This document shows, one piece after another, positions 10,646-24,024 of a stretch of DNA of 64,000 nucleotides. Source of the DNA: Nemertoderma westbladi (lineage: Eukaryota; Animalia; Xenacoelomorpha); the NCBI GenBank assembly GCA_032718475.1, contig JAUCBJ010006969.1:18262-82261 (forward strand), given 5' to 3'. The notes beneath the pieces are model-generated. The model was not told where the DNA came from. It was given only the letters and a program-made list of their open reading frames with translations, and did not search any database. The stretch's first letter is position 1. Every line of letters begins with the position of its first letter. The position numbers and the translations under genes were made by a program.

Positions 10646-13600
10646 TCATACAAAGGAAGAGAAATCGTTACCGATGGGGGCCCTGGACCGGGCAGGTAAG
10701 GCGGATGGTGACTGCTGGGTCCTCGGTCTCCTAGAGTACCTTGGGATCGCTTCGGTCTCGCTACCGTCTGAGTATATGTAGCCGTCGTTAGTGGCCTGTG
10801 GGTCTATAGGGGTTCCTCTACGACGGGACTTCGGTTTAGTGTCTACGTCGTCCATGTACCGACGGTCGTTGTCGTACCGTCGGTCGTCGTAGCTCGTCGG
10901 ACCGCCGGGATGCGGGCCTCGCGCAGCCTTGTGCGTCGGCCTAGCGTCACGGCTGTAAGGCGGCAGGTGGACCTGGTAGTTGGGCCGGTAGCCGGGAGGC
11001 GGTTTCCCGCGCGGCAGATCGGCCCCCCACTCGGCCTGCGAGTCGGTCTCAGTCTCGGAGGCCGAGGGTTTCTCCGTCAGCGAGGAGCTCGAGGTGCGGG
11101 AGTGGGTCGGCTTGGTGCCGAACTCCTCGTCATCGTCGGAGTAGACGACGCCGGCGGGGTTCGGGACCGGCGGACGAGCGGCGGCCGACGGCCGATGTCG
11201 ACGTCGCGCGGCCGACGATAGATCCGGCATCTCGGTCGCGGAACCGAACCCCCCGGACTGCGCGCGATCCAACGCACCCGCGTTCGCCCGAACCATCGAC
11301 TTATCCATCGCGGTCTCTTTCGCCTTCCGGCGCTGCGTTACGAAACACAAACTCGCGATCAGAATGATTATAAGGATAACCCCGCAGAGGCAGATGATTA
11401 TAGGGAACCAGAACTGGCGGTAGAAGGGCGCGATAACTCCAGGAACGTCGTTCATTCGGAACAGACCAGACGGGTGTCTGTAGATGGCGTCCGACTCGTC
11501 GCTAGGGTAACTACGTCCGTTCCGGTTCACCGCGACCACCGCGAAGTTGTACAACCGATCGATGTGGAGGTCCGCCTTGGCGACGGTAAACCGCAGCCCC
11601 TGGGCTACGCCAATCGTCCACCGATCCTGCCACTCGTTGTTCTCGTTCGACTTGGCCTGTATGATATAACCGGTGAGCGCCGAGCCGCCCGTGTCAGCCG
11701 GCGCGCGCCACGTGAGCGCCAACTCGGAGGTGAGCACTAGCAACTCGAGTTGGGTGGGTGAGCTCGGGGACCCGAGCAGTGGGGTGTTCGTGCAGTTCTG
11801 CGTGACGATTAACCCACCGCCAACCACGGTGAACGCCTTAACGGTGACGTAATAGGAGGCCCTGGGTTCCAGGTTGCCGAGGTACTTCCAGGTGCGGCCT
11901 TCTACGTCGACCTCGACAGACTGGCGGCTCAGTTGGTCGCCCTCTAGCAACCGCTGGAAGGTGACCGCGTAATTAGTGATCACCCCGTTTGGCCGCTCGG
12001 GGGCGTTCCAGGTTACGTTCATCGCGGTCTCCGTCACCATGCTGCACTCCAGGTTGTTCGGCGCGCTCGGGAAGCTCTGCCCCGTGATGAACCGCACCGA
12101 GCCGCTCAATGGCCCGTCGCCCGCCATGTTAAAGGCGAGCGCGGCCACGCTGTAGTCCGAGAACGGTACCAAACCCCGGATCCGTCCGGACGTCCGATTC
12201 GGGTCGATTATCGGCATTCGCTTCTCCGTATCCGCCATATTCTCGGTGAGCCAATAAACCAGTTTGTATCCGATCATCCGCGCCTCGTTAATTTGGCTCT
12301 CCGGTGTTTCCTCCGGCGGTGTCCAACTCACCGTAATCGAGGTGGCGTCGCCATCCGATACGACCCGCGGTCTACCGGGTGCGTTGATAGGGGCAACCTT
12401 ACCGGTGTACACAGTGACCGGGTCGGACGGGGGTCCTTCACCCATGGTATTCACTGCGCTAACGGTAATCTCGTATCTATTAGGAAACGTTAAAGAAAAA
12501 TTATGTGATTCATGGGCTAAACTCTGCAGCCGAAACGATTGACATATTTACAGTCACACACAATGTTACATTCAAGTAATTAACCATTAACTAACCTCGG
12601 AAATTCATAGGACTTCGCCTCCTCTTCCAGTATCAGAGTCCATTCCGTTAGAGTCGGCAGGACTTCTTTCTCCCCTACGAACCCAGTAGAGTCCAACCGA
12701 CTGTACTTTATCCTGTACAGCTGTAGACTCCCGTAGACCAGCGCCGGTGGGGCCGGCAGCCAGGTAACCCGCACCTCGTTCATCCGGACCGCCTTGGCGT
12801 CCGTGATAGTCGGCGAACCTTCCGGTCGGGCCTCCAACGTCCGGTAATGTTCCGACTCGGGACTGTACCCGCTACTCCCGTAGTCGTTGTTCGCCTTCAT
12901 CCGTATCTGGTAATCCGTGAAGGGAATGAGTTTCTCCAAGGTGTAGTCCCGTTGCGTCGGGTTCTGGTAATGTGAGTGGAGCTTCCAGGCGCCGGCTGCT
13001 TCCCGCACCTCGATGGAATAGTTGCGCACGGGGGCGTTATCCATCTCGGTGGCCGGGAAGATGAGTCGCATCCGCCGGGCCTCGATGTCCGAGGTGTGTA
13101 CGATCACCTTGCCGGGAGTCCGCGGGAGTGGTTTACCGTCGCTAGTGAACACGCTCACCTCGACCACGGGTCCCGCCCCCTTGTCCGTCTGGGCCGTCAG
13201 CTGGAAGGAGTACGTCTCCTCGGGGCGCAGAGCGGTCGCCGCGTAGCTGCGCTGGTCCGCATCTAGGGTCAACCCGGACTCGGCCTGCGTCTGTCGCTTC
13301 CGTCTCCAGGAGGAGGACTCGGGGCTGTAGGCCACAAAGTAGCCGGTGATCTCCCCGTTGGGGCGCTCCGGGGGTTGCCAGTTCGCCGTGAAGCTGGTCA
13401 GCGACACGTCGGAGAACCAAACGCCGCTCGGGGGACCGGGTTTATCGGACTCGGTGGTCGCGAACACGGGAGGAGCGGAGGGAACACCGTCACCGATGCG
13501 AGTAAACGCCGAGACCTCAAGAGCGTAGCGAGTAAAACTCTCCAACCCGTCGACAACTCCCGTCTTCGTTGTATTAAACATAATATCTCCGGTTCTAACA

Positions 13601-16600
13601 GTTTCCGCGAACTCTAGATTGCTCTCGGGTCGCGCGACTATCCGATACCCTAGAATCACCCCGTTCCAGAACCGCTCCGGGACGGGCTCCCACGTGACCC
13701 GGAAGCGAGTTGGCGTCGTCGCGATGACCCGCACATCAAGGGGTCCCGCCGACGGTTTATCCTCCAGCGTCGTTCCCGCTTTCACGACGCTATGCGGCCC
13801 GTTACCCATGTCGTTGTAAGCGCTAACTCGCACCTCGTACCGATGGAACGGAAGCAGATCGTAGATGAGGTAACTGTTGGCGTTCTCATCCTGGAACATT
13901 GTTTCGGTCCAGGTGAGGTTGCCGACCAGTCGGTAGTCGATCTGGTAGCCTTCGAGTCGTCCGTTCCAGTTGACTTCCTTCAGCGGGATCCACGTCACGG
14001 CCAACGTGTCGGACCTGCTGCTGCGCACCAACAGGTCCCCGGGTGGGGCGGTGGGCGGCGCAACCTTGGTGCGAACCTCCTCCGTGTACTCCGAGGGCGG
14101 ACTACTCCCGGCGGAGTTCTTCGCCGTGATCCGGAACTTGTACTTGGTCCAGGGAGTCAACCCGGTCACCACTATCTTCCGGGCGTCCGGTTTATTTGTC
14201 TCGAGATGGACCTCCACCGGTTCCGGACCTCCGTCTATCAAGGCCTCCACCTTCCACGTATAGATTAGCGACTCCTGGTAGCCGCTGTTGAATACGATGA
14301 CGGCAGTGCGCTCTGTGACGGACTCAACCACGAGATTGGTCGGGGGCTGAGGGAGGACCGGTTTATCCCCGGAACGGATAACTTCCGAGGTCGCCACCCC
14401 CAGACCAATGCGTGTCCGCGCAATAGCGCTGATATTATACTCCATGGATTTATTGAGTCCTTCGATTCTGTAAGAAACGCTGGTGTTACCCGTAAATGTT
14501 TGGTTACGTAGCGTCTCCGTGTGGTTTATTCGCATCCAGGTGAGCAGATAGGCGATTACGACTCCGTTGGGATGGGTGGGAACATCCCATTTAACCGTGA
14601 GGGAGGTGTCCTGGATGTTACTGAACTCGAAGTTAGAGACATGCCCTGGGACGTCGTCTATAGTTTTAGCTACAAACGGAGCGCTGTGCGGACCTTCACC
14701 CGCCCCTGGTAAAACAAATATAATTATTATTGGAATTTTAAATATTTTACGGTTTATTATTTAGTAGGGCCTATTGAAGGTGAAACTGAACGCATTGGTA
14801 GTTTGGGAATTCTATATGCGTACGGGACGAGGGGGTGGAGGATTGCACCACCCCCCACCCCCCCCCCCCCCCCCCCCAGCTAATAAAAGTTTATTTATTT
14901 TTTAGTATTAAAGCGTTTTCCTACAGTAGCAGATTGCTTAAAAAGATTCCGCTCTCTGCGCTCGCGTTATATAGGCCTATTCCTTTACTAATAAATTTAC
15001 TTTAATGCTTAACAGTACAATGATAAACAACTAACCGGTGACAGCAATCATTGTTATATTGTATATGGTGTAGGGAATTAACCCCAACATGTAAACAACC
15101 CGATCTATAGTGGTGTCAACGTCTCTGTAGATGATCTCCTCGAGAATGTTGGTGTGATCATCGTGTCCGTCGAACAACGGATGGGCCCGGAGTTTGTAGT
15201 TGAGCAACTTCCCCCTGAGATCCTGCGGGTTGACTTCCTCGTAAAACACCCGCAATGTCGTCGCGTTCTCCGAGGTTACGTTTAGGATGACGGGAGCCGC
15301 GTTGGGGATCCCTTCTTTAGTCGTCGCGTTCAGCTCTTCGCTAAAGTTACCGACGCCCATATCGTTGTAGGCCGCCACTTTAATCGCGTACTCCGTGTAG
15401 ATACCCAACTCGGTGATGTTGTAGAAGAGATTAACGATATCTGTGATGTTCTTGGTTACTCCTCCGAGAGAGGAGCTCCCGGCAGAACCAACTCTGTAGT
15501 GAAGAACGTATCCTCGAAGGATCCCGTTCTGGAACTCTATAGGCGGCGCCTCCCAGCGGACTAGGATGCTCCGGTTGGTCTGCGGGATGACCGCGGTCAG
15601 TCTGGGGGCCTGGGAGGGCGCCTGTTCCGGCAGCACGAACCACTCAGTGGTCGCCGGTTCGCTGACGCCGTAATGGTTGCCGGCGGTTACCCGGAACCTG
15701 TACTCGTACGAGGGCCGCAGGTTCTCCACCAACTGCTCCACCACGTCGGACCTCGTGTCCACGTTCGTCTTGTACAACTCCCACTGCGGGGCACCCAAGG
15801 CCTCCTTCTGACTCAGCGATATATTGTACTCCGTGAGCGGCGAGTTCCCATCCCAGGGTCGCCCCCAACGCAGCAGGACCGCGTGGTTCAGCGTGACGAA
15901 CTCGTAGGCGAGATGGGCCGGGGCTCTGGGGACCTCGATTACTACCACCGAGAACTCCTCCTGACTGAAGCCAGCGTTGTCCCCCGTGGAGATTACCCGG
16001 CTGGTTATGTTGCACGCCCATTCGCCTTTGTCGTCGGCACGGAGACCCTGGATGTGCAGTGAAGTCCCGTCGGAGTAGAGGCTAAACCTAGAGTCCGGAG
16101 TCCACTCCTAAAGGGAGAAAATATAACGCTTTATTTACCTACATACATTTTATTATTTTCATTAATTAACATTATTTTGGGCGATTGGCCACACCTTAGT
16201 TTATTATTTAACTTGCACCTTGGAGATGGATAAAATGTAAATAATTATTAATTATATACCGGTAATATACTGACAGTTAGTTACAAAACCGAAGAGTAAG
16301 CGGAATTAAACGAAGGTTGGATGACAACACGACAACTTTGCGGATATGGGTTGCATGTAATAATAATAATAATAAATCATGCACTTATAGCGCGCTTAAT
16401 CCGCGTCGGTTCTAAAGCGCTGTTAAATTCCATAGATTGTGTCACAAAGTTTAGTTTAGATTTGAAAAGCCCTATTGAAGAGTTCGGTTTTTTGAAGGCT
16501 GCGGAAAGTTGTCAGTACCGGTATGTCAGACCAGTGGCGGTTCGAGTTTGATATATGATGTATAATATCTATTACAGTATTAAGCCATACTAACTAACGC

Positions 16601-18517
16601 TAAATGCACATTCATTCCCCTGTTACTAACCTCAATTTCGCCAGCCACACGGATACGTATGTATTGATCGGTCCACTCCTCGCTCCCAGACCGCTCTCTG
16701 TGCTTCCAGATAACGTCGACCTCCACCCCCACCCCGGTAGTAACGTTACACCACAACGTCGTAGAGTCGCCTATAATCGCCTTTAACGTCCTCTCGACCA
16801 CAACCTCAGTCTGCTCGATAACGTGGACATTAAACACCCGGGAATCCGTCTCGTAGTACTGCTGCACGCCGCTACTCGCCCGACAGGACCACGTGTTGTT
16901 ATCAGTTCGATCCACCGAAGTTATAAACAAGGTGGAGTTCTCCTTACCGGATCCGGTGATGCGGTAGCGGCCCATGGTGGTAGAGATCTCTAGGTTCCCG
17001 TTGATCCACACCATATCGGGATCCGGCTTACCTTCGGCGCGGCAGTTCAGCAACAGCGGGTAGCCCATCACGGCGGACACGTTTCGAGGCTCGTCTCCAA
17101 CGATTCTGGGAGGCTCCGAGAGGATCTCGACCATGGTAGACGCGCTGGAGATACCGTGCTCGTTCCAACCGAAACACTGGTAGACACCGAACTGCCGCTG
17201 TTGGTCGATGTTGCTGATAACGATACGACCGCCTGATACCTGGGTGTAGGTAGTCGACTGCTGTTTAGCGGTGTTGTAGTACCAATCTATGCTCGCTTGT
17301 GGTACTCCGGTGAATCTACAGTTCAGCTCTACGGTGTCGCTCTGACTTACGACCACGTTAGCGGGAGGGTGGACGCTCACACTGGGGGGACTCTCTACGG
17401 TAAGTTGGGCGCTGGTCGAGAGTCCATCCCCCTCGCACGAGTAGGTCCCCGTGAGCGAGTAGAGAACGCGCAGCCTCCATCCATAGCTGCTGCTGATGTC
17501 CACGGCGTTCCCACTGGTGAGACGCTCCCCGTTGAGGGACCAGGTCACGGAGACCGGGTTTGATCGCCTCTCGACGACGCAGTTGAACTCCGCCCGAGAC
17601 GTACCTCCACCTCGCGACACGTAGACAAGGTCCTGCGGTGAGTAGACCTGTCGCGCTTGGAAGGAGGAAGATTGCGCCGTCCCAACGGTTATAAAGACTT
17701 GATTACCGTCGGCGATGGACCCCGGGATGGCGGTGTTGGAGAGCCGACAACGGAACTGGAGGTCCGACTGGACGTTGAGAACGACGAGTTTGTGGTCGAC
17801 TGTAACGAAACGATCCTTCGAGTCAACGATTAGATGCTCGTTATCCCAGACGGTTACGTCCACCCACTCCACCTTTACCGATTCGGCCGGCTGTGAGTCG
17901 ATATTTTGGGGGCAACTCAACACGGTAAAGTCGCCTTTATTTACGTTGAATCTGCTGCCGCTGGAAAGGCCGCCCCAGTTCGCGTAGGCGACTATAACTC
18001 GTCCGAAGTTCGACTTCATCTTCCAGGTCCTGTAGCGCTGCGTGAAGTCGTTGTGCGATACTCGACACTCGTAGTAACCATCGTCGACCCCTCGACGAGC
18101 GTTATTCACGCTGAAGGTGCTCGAGTATATCGAGCCACTGTGGGCCTCCACTGTGTCTGAGTGACGGGAAGAACCCCTCGGATCGTCGATAGTGGCGTAA
18201 TGAATCCAGTCGAAAGTGAGTACGCGATTAGAGTTCGTTGAGTCTGATTCTAATATAAAACTCACCCCGCACTCGAGCGCAAATAATCTCCCTTCCTCGA
18301 TAGTCACGTCGGTGGGATGGAGAGTAAATGTGACCAACATTGATGGCGGGTCGTCTTCTATACCCATTGCAGTCGGTAATATAAGTAAACATAGCAACAG
18401 GTACCGGTACAGTAATTGTGACGAATTTATGGCTCCGTTAGCGCTGTGAGAATGATGGTGACCTTGTCGATGAAAGTTACAACAGGGGACAATGGAAGTA
18501 GAAATCCTTGCCATCAT
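10646..18517 (-). CDS. sdk: Sidekick (Ig + FN3 cell-adhesion receptor). Exons 18517-16631, 16107-15036, 14705-12596, 12476-10646; 2299 aa
   Basis: Signal peptide, six Ig-type Cys pairs, a long FN3 run, TM helix (WFPIIICLCGVILIIILIASLCFV) and C-terminal FSSFV, the Sidekick PDZ-binding signature. Three GT-AG introns join in frame; total 6900 nt. Confidence 0.93.
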
Positions 18518-19844
18518 TTATTCGACGAATAATTATAGACCTATATCACGCCAATGAGACTGGCAGATATTTAGAACAACAAAATATGATCAATAAATCA
18601 AATGCGCAGCTATAAAACTTTATATGTTTCTTAAGTTGAATTTAAAGTATCTGATTCTAATTATATAAAATGCTACTGTAAAAGTAATGACTGAATGAAG
18701 TTATCAAATATAAAACTACAGCCCGGCCAACTACAGACTGACAGAACCATGGGAGTATATATATATCTATATTACAAAAGCTAAGTGTGTGAGAGTGTGT
18801 TTGTGCAATAAATAAATAAAATATGCAAAATTTTGCGGTAGCGGTAACGGCAGAACGGTAGGCCTATGGCTTTGCGGTAGCGGTATTTACCGCTGTAGCG
18901 GTAGTTGCGACAGCAAAAAGCGCGGAATTTGAGGTAGCGGTAGCGGTAGTACCATACGATCCCTGCTAACAGCAATATATTAATTTATCGGCAATAAATT
19001 AAAAGTAATTTAATAGTAAATTCAACAATAATAAACGAGAAATTCAAAATGACTCGCACCAAACTGTTAAGTAAAACAAAGACCAAAATAATAATAAGTA
19101 AATTACTTAAGTGTTTAAACAAAATAATAAGTAAAATGTAAAAAAACAGTCCAGTAACTACGGTAGGGTAATTCCATCCAAATTCGACAAATCGCGGTGG
19201 CATGGGGGTCATCGATTTCGTTTATTTTTGGATATATGGTCGGAAATGGTATAAAATGACACCTGATGAAATATTTCTGATGATGGTGTATTGGTTTTCT
19301 GGTTTTCGAGATATTGCAGTCTATTGCATGTTTATTGTACACATATACAGGTCTCATACACATTAAAACCATGAATAAATACCATCCACATGTCAGACCA
19401 ACTTTTCTATGTGGCCAAAGATTGGACTTTTCGACAAATTTTGTCTTTTTGAGGCTTGAATTAGAGTGGTCTGCTTAGTCAAAACATTTAGTAAATAGTT
19501 AGATATACCAAACTGCCAAAGGGGGGTTCTGTGGTACAATTTTCATGTACCACCAGCAAGTCAGACTTCCATACCATCATCTGGAAAATTGAAACTTTCC
19601 AAAATTGCTATACTTCGGAACATCACTGCAAGCGTCTGAAGGTAAATAATTTTAACATATTATTGACTAATTTCAATACCCAATGAGTTATACAGTAGGG
19701 TTCCCTATCCCGATCGGGATATATGAATATATCCCGATCGCTGGATCGGGATATTTACATATCCCGATCGGGATATATTCAACCTTTCCATAAAGCGACC
19801 TAAACTATAAAAAAGCGACCCAAATGGTGCCATCCAGCCGCAGC

Positions 19845-20656
19845 CAGGGATGTTAAGTGTTCTTTTATTGTTCTTTTCTTTTATGTTCTTTTATAATAAA
19901 AGAACAATTCCATATTTTTAGCGAATTGTTCTGTTATTAGCTGATTAGGCCCCTATCAGCCTATGGAATTACTAACAGACTAAGAAAAGGAAACTGCAAA
20001 AGTAGTGAGAAAATCTACTCTAACCATCCCCAGGCATGTAGTGTAGCCTAACTCTAGAAACAACAATTATCTGATTATTTGATTGTCAATATGCTGATAT
20101 GGAGTGACGAGTGAGGAACGCCACAACCGGTAGGCCTACTCTACGTGGGCTTATTTTGCTCCATTAGACAAGGGCAGAAGGGTTGGAGGTGGAGGGGAGT
20201 GAGGAATGCCCCCACCCCATACTATACTGCTCTACGTGGGCTTATTTTGTTCCTTTAGCAGACAGGGTTGGGTGGGCGTGGGAGTGAGGAACGCCCCATG
20301 CTCTACTGCTCTACGTGGGCTTATTATGTTCCATTAGACAAGCGTTGGATATGAGTGAGAAACGCCCCATACTCTACTGTTCTACGTGGAACGCCTCATA
20401 CTCCTCATGGGTTTATTTTGTTCCAATATAGCTGTACAGACAAGGTGCAAGGGTTGGATGGAAGTGAAGAACACCAAACAGTCAAATACTGTAACTGGTA
20501 ACACTCTGACACTTTACAGCTTTATAGGCCTACTAAATACATTATAAATGTTCTTTTATGTTCTTTTATCAGTTTATGGTCTTTTAATGTTCTTTTATGG
20601 TCTTTTATATCAAAGAACAAATCAGTTTTTAAAAAATTGTTCTTTTAACATACCTG
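19845..20656. mobile_element. hAT-like MITE with internal ~65-bp degenerate repeats
   Basis: TIRs CAGGGATGTTAA / TTAACATACCTG. 8-mer CATCCAGC at 20657-20664 and at 19831-19838 (6 bp offset on the left). Subterminal GTTCTTTTA motifs. Confidence 0.55.
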
Positions 20657-21016
20657 CATCCAGCAGATAGATCAGAAAAAATGGGTTATATTCGTTTGTG
20701 CCCCGCAAAGTGGTGTTAGGGCTTTCAAAAGATATTGCAGAGTGAATATCATATATTTTGTAAATATCCCGATCGGGATATATTGTGGTAGGCTAATCAT
20801 GAGAGATGAGATGATTGTATTTTTTTGTATAATGTATAAGTCATGTAAGTGTACCATTACTGGATTAGGAGGGCAGCTGGGTAGAGGCTAGAGGGTGTGT
20901 GTCACTACTACCAGACTGCCAGACAGCCAGAACCAGACTACTGGACTACAAACAGACAGACAGGGAATACTGCAGTTTAGTGTGTAGTACCGGTATCTGC
21001 CTACCAGGTAGTACCA

Positions 21017-21772
21017 GCATGGCCTACTATATATACGGCCTAACAAGCTACTGCGGCCTCTTAAAAAAAAGAGGCCATTACTTACATTCGCAGCATTATT
21101 AATTATTGTCCTTATTTGAATACAGTAACAATATTATTCATATCCCGCGATGTGGTGCGAGCCATGCAGGTGGCAATCTGAGCATACAAGTACTGTTATG
21201 AGTATCAGCGATTGTGGAGCGAGCCACAAAGACAGCAATTTTAGCATAAAAGCACTACATATTAGTGTTAAGCCTTGTCGTGAAAAATATGGAGTTTAAG
21301 TAGAATAGGACAACACCTGTAAAGACAGACATAAATATGGACACACCAGTTCCATGGACCACCGCTTGATGGCTATTACGTGATTTTTTCAAACTCTTAT
21401 AAGTCGGTGTATGTATAGAGATTCGTTTTATGTGTGGGTATTTTTGAATTTGAAATACCGGTTAAAATAAATAAATGTTGCTAATTATTACTTGTATTAC
21501 GTGTTAATTATTTATTTGGTCAATAATAATTATTATAGGCCTAGCACATTACACAGTTCAGCACAATCTAAAATCACGACTGTCACGACTGTACTGTCAG
21601 ACTGTGTTATGTACGAACAGATCAGTATAAGCCAACTGCAAACTGCAGTACAGACTGCCACCTCAATAGGCTACTGCCTGACTGCTGTACTGTACTGTAC
21701 TGTTGAAATGAATGGCCTCTTTTTTTAAGAGGCCGCAGTAGCTTGTTAGGCCGTATATATAGTAGGCCATGG
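21017..21772. mobile_element. MITE-like element with ~60-bp terminal inverted repeats
   Basis: CATGGCCTACTATATATACGGCCTAACAAGCTACTGCGGCCTCTTAAAAAAAAGAGGCCA is mirrored at ~21712-21772. Confidence 0.65.
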
Positions 21773-22979
21773 TACCAGCCTACGTCAGTACGTAGCCCTA
21801 CTATGAAATTTCAACAGTTTGTTACAGTCTGACAGTACCGTATCCCATATAGGCTACAGCCTGACAGCAGTACAGCGCGAAGGTCTCTTAAACGTTTCAA
21901 CAGATTGTTTCAGTATCTCACATACTGCGCCCAAACAGCCAAAGGTCTCTTAAACGTTTCAATAGATTGTTTCAGTATCCAACGTGCTGCATGAAGGTCT
22001 CTTACGTCAGTAGGGTTCCCTATCTGCCTATCTGCCTATCCCGATCGGGATATACACTTATAAGGTACCGGTAATATATCCCGATCGGGATACATTGGAT
22101 ATGTCAATGTACTGTACATTGTGTATAGGCCTACTGTCATTTATATTTACTACTGTATATTATACTGTTCTATGTAAAACTACAGTCTGACAGTATATTT
22201 CGAAAACTAGAATGTCAATAAATATTATCAGAATGTGAAGTGTGGTCTGCACTGCAAACCATAACTCAAACCACCTAAAAAAAAACGTGAAGAAAACGAA
22301 ACCAGTGAAATGACAATGGTAATGCATTTACTGTACAGATTCGTGCATGACTGCATGACACTGAATAATCCTGATATTCTGTTGTACCGGTCTGCCGTTA
22401 ATTGAATCTGTTCAGAAGACTTCGGGCAGCATGTTGGATACTGAATCAATCCATTGAAACGTTTGAGACTGTGAGCGTGAGGCCTTCGCGCAGTATGTGA
22501 GATTCTGAAACAAATCCGTTGAAACGTTTAAGAGACCTTCATCTGTTCATGCTGCACGTACCAGCGTACGTGGGGTACTGTAACAATCTGTTTAACGTTT
22601 AACTGTTTAAGAGGCTATCGTGAGCAGCATGTTGGAATAGTTGGATAGGCTACTGAAACAATCTATTGAAACGTTTAAGAGACCTTCATACAGCACGTGG
22701 CTGCGTGGGGTAGGTACTGTAACAAATCTATTGAAATATTCAAGATACCTTCGCGCAGTATATGGTGTATGGGATACTGCTGTACTGAAACAATCCGTTG
22801 AAACGTTTAAGAGACCTTTGTGCAGCATATTGGATTCTGAAACAATCGGTTGAATCGTTTAAATGTTTTAGACACAATAAAGGCTGTTTTTTTCACCACC
22901 CACTTGTCAGATATTTTATGTGTAACAAACAAAGGTAAATAATTTTAACATATTATTGACTAATTTCAATACCCAATGA

Positions 22980-23666
22980 GTTATATACCTTCTGATACAG
23001 TACTATTAATTATTATATCATAATAGAAAGAAAAGCTGTTTGAAATTCATCTATATAATTCCCTAATCCCGGCCAAGGGCAGCAGGGAATGGAACGTAAC
23101 ACAGTATGTTCATTATGATGAGGCAAGTCAGTGATAATTAATATAGTTACCGTATTATGGCGTACTTTATAATCTTCTATAACGAAGAAAGTAAAGGCAG
23201 TTCAACGCAAGGTTGCTGTTGTCCCTTGTGTTGATGTTCCTACTGATCAGAAAGATGAGGATGAGAATATCTGCTGCAAGTGTAAAAAAAAATGGGCCAG
23301 TGATACAAAAAAAAATCAGAAGATTTGGGTTGGTGTGCGATGTGTGCGATAAATATTGGTCATGCACCAGCTGCCTACCAGTTAATTTCGATTACGATGC
23401 AGAATTTGTCTGCGATCACTGTTCATAAAGGAATTGCATGATCTACATACTGTACAATACTGCTATACTCAATAATTGATCTATTATCTTTTTTACCATA
23501 ATAACTATATTAATTATCACTGACTTGCCTCATCATAATGAACAAACTGTATTACGTTCCATTCCCTGCTGCCCTTGGCCGGGATTAGGGAATTATATAG
23601 ATGAATTTCAAACAGCTTTTCTTTCTTTTATGATATAATAATTAATAGTATCCGAAGGTGTATAAC
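22980..23666. repeat. ~180-bp inverted repeat enclosing a frameshifted PHD-finger-like coding fragment
   Basis: Arms 22980-23160 and 23496-23666 are near-perfect reverse complements. The spacer encodes ICCKC...WVG / CDVCDKYWSCTSCL...FVCDHCS*. Confidence 0.8.
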
Positions 23667-24024
23667 AGTAGGGTCCCCTATCCCGATCGGGATATATAAA
23701 TATATCCCGACCGGAATATACCCTTATAAGGTAATATATCCCGACCGGGATATGTCAATGTACATAACTGTCATTTACTACTGTATATTCTACTCTACTA
23801 TGGAAAACTACAGTATATTTGGAAAACTAGAATGTCAATAAATATTATTAGAATGTGAAGTGAAGTCTGCACTGCTAACCAACTAAATCCACCTAAAAAA
23901 AACGTGAAGAAAAGGAAACCAGGATGACAATGGTAATGCATTCTGGCATTCGCAGATTCGCGCATGACACTGAATAATCTGTTGTGCCGGTAATTGAACA
24001 TGTTTAGAAGACTTCGTGCAGCAC

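Noticed and set aside
10910-18449. Many antisense and alternate-frame ORFs over Sidekick (similarly over seipin, TSEN2, SLC9B)
   Set aside because: Expected shadows of GC-rich coding exons; no motifs.
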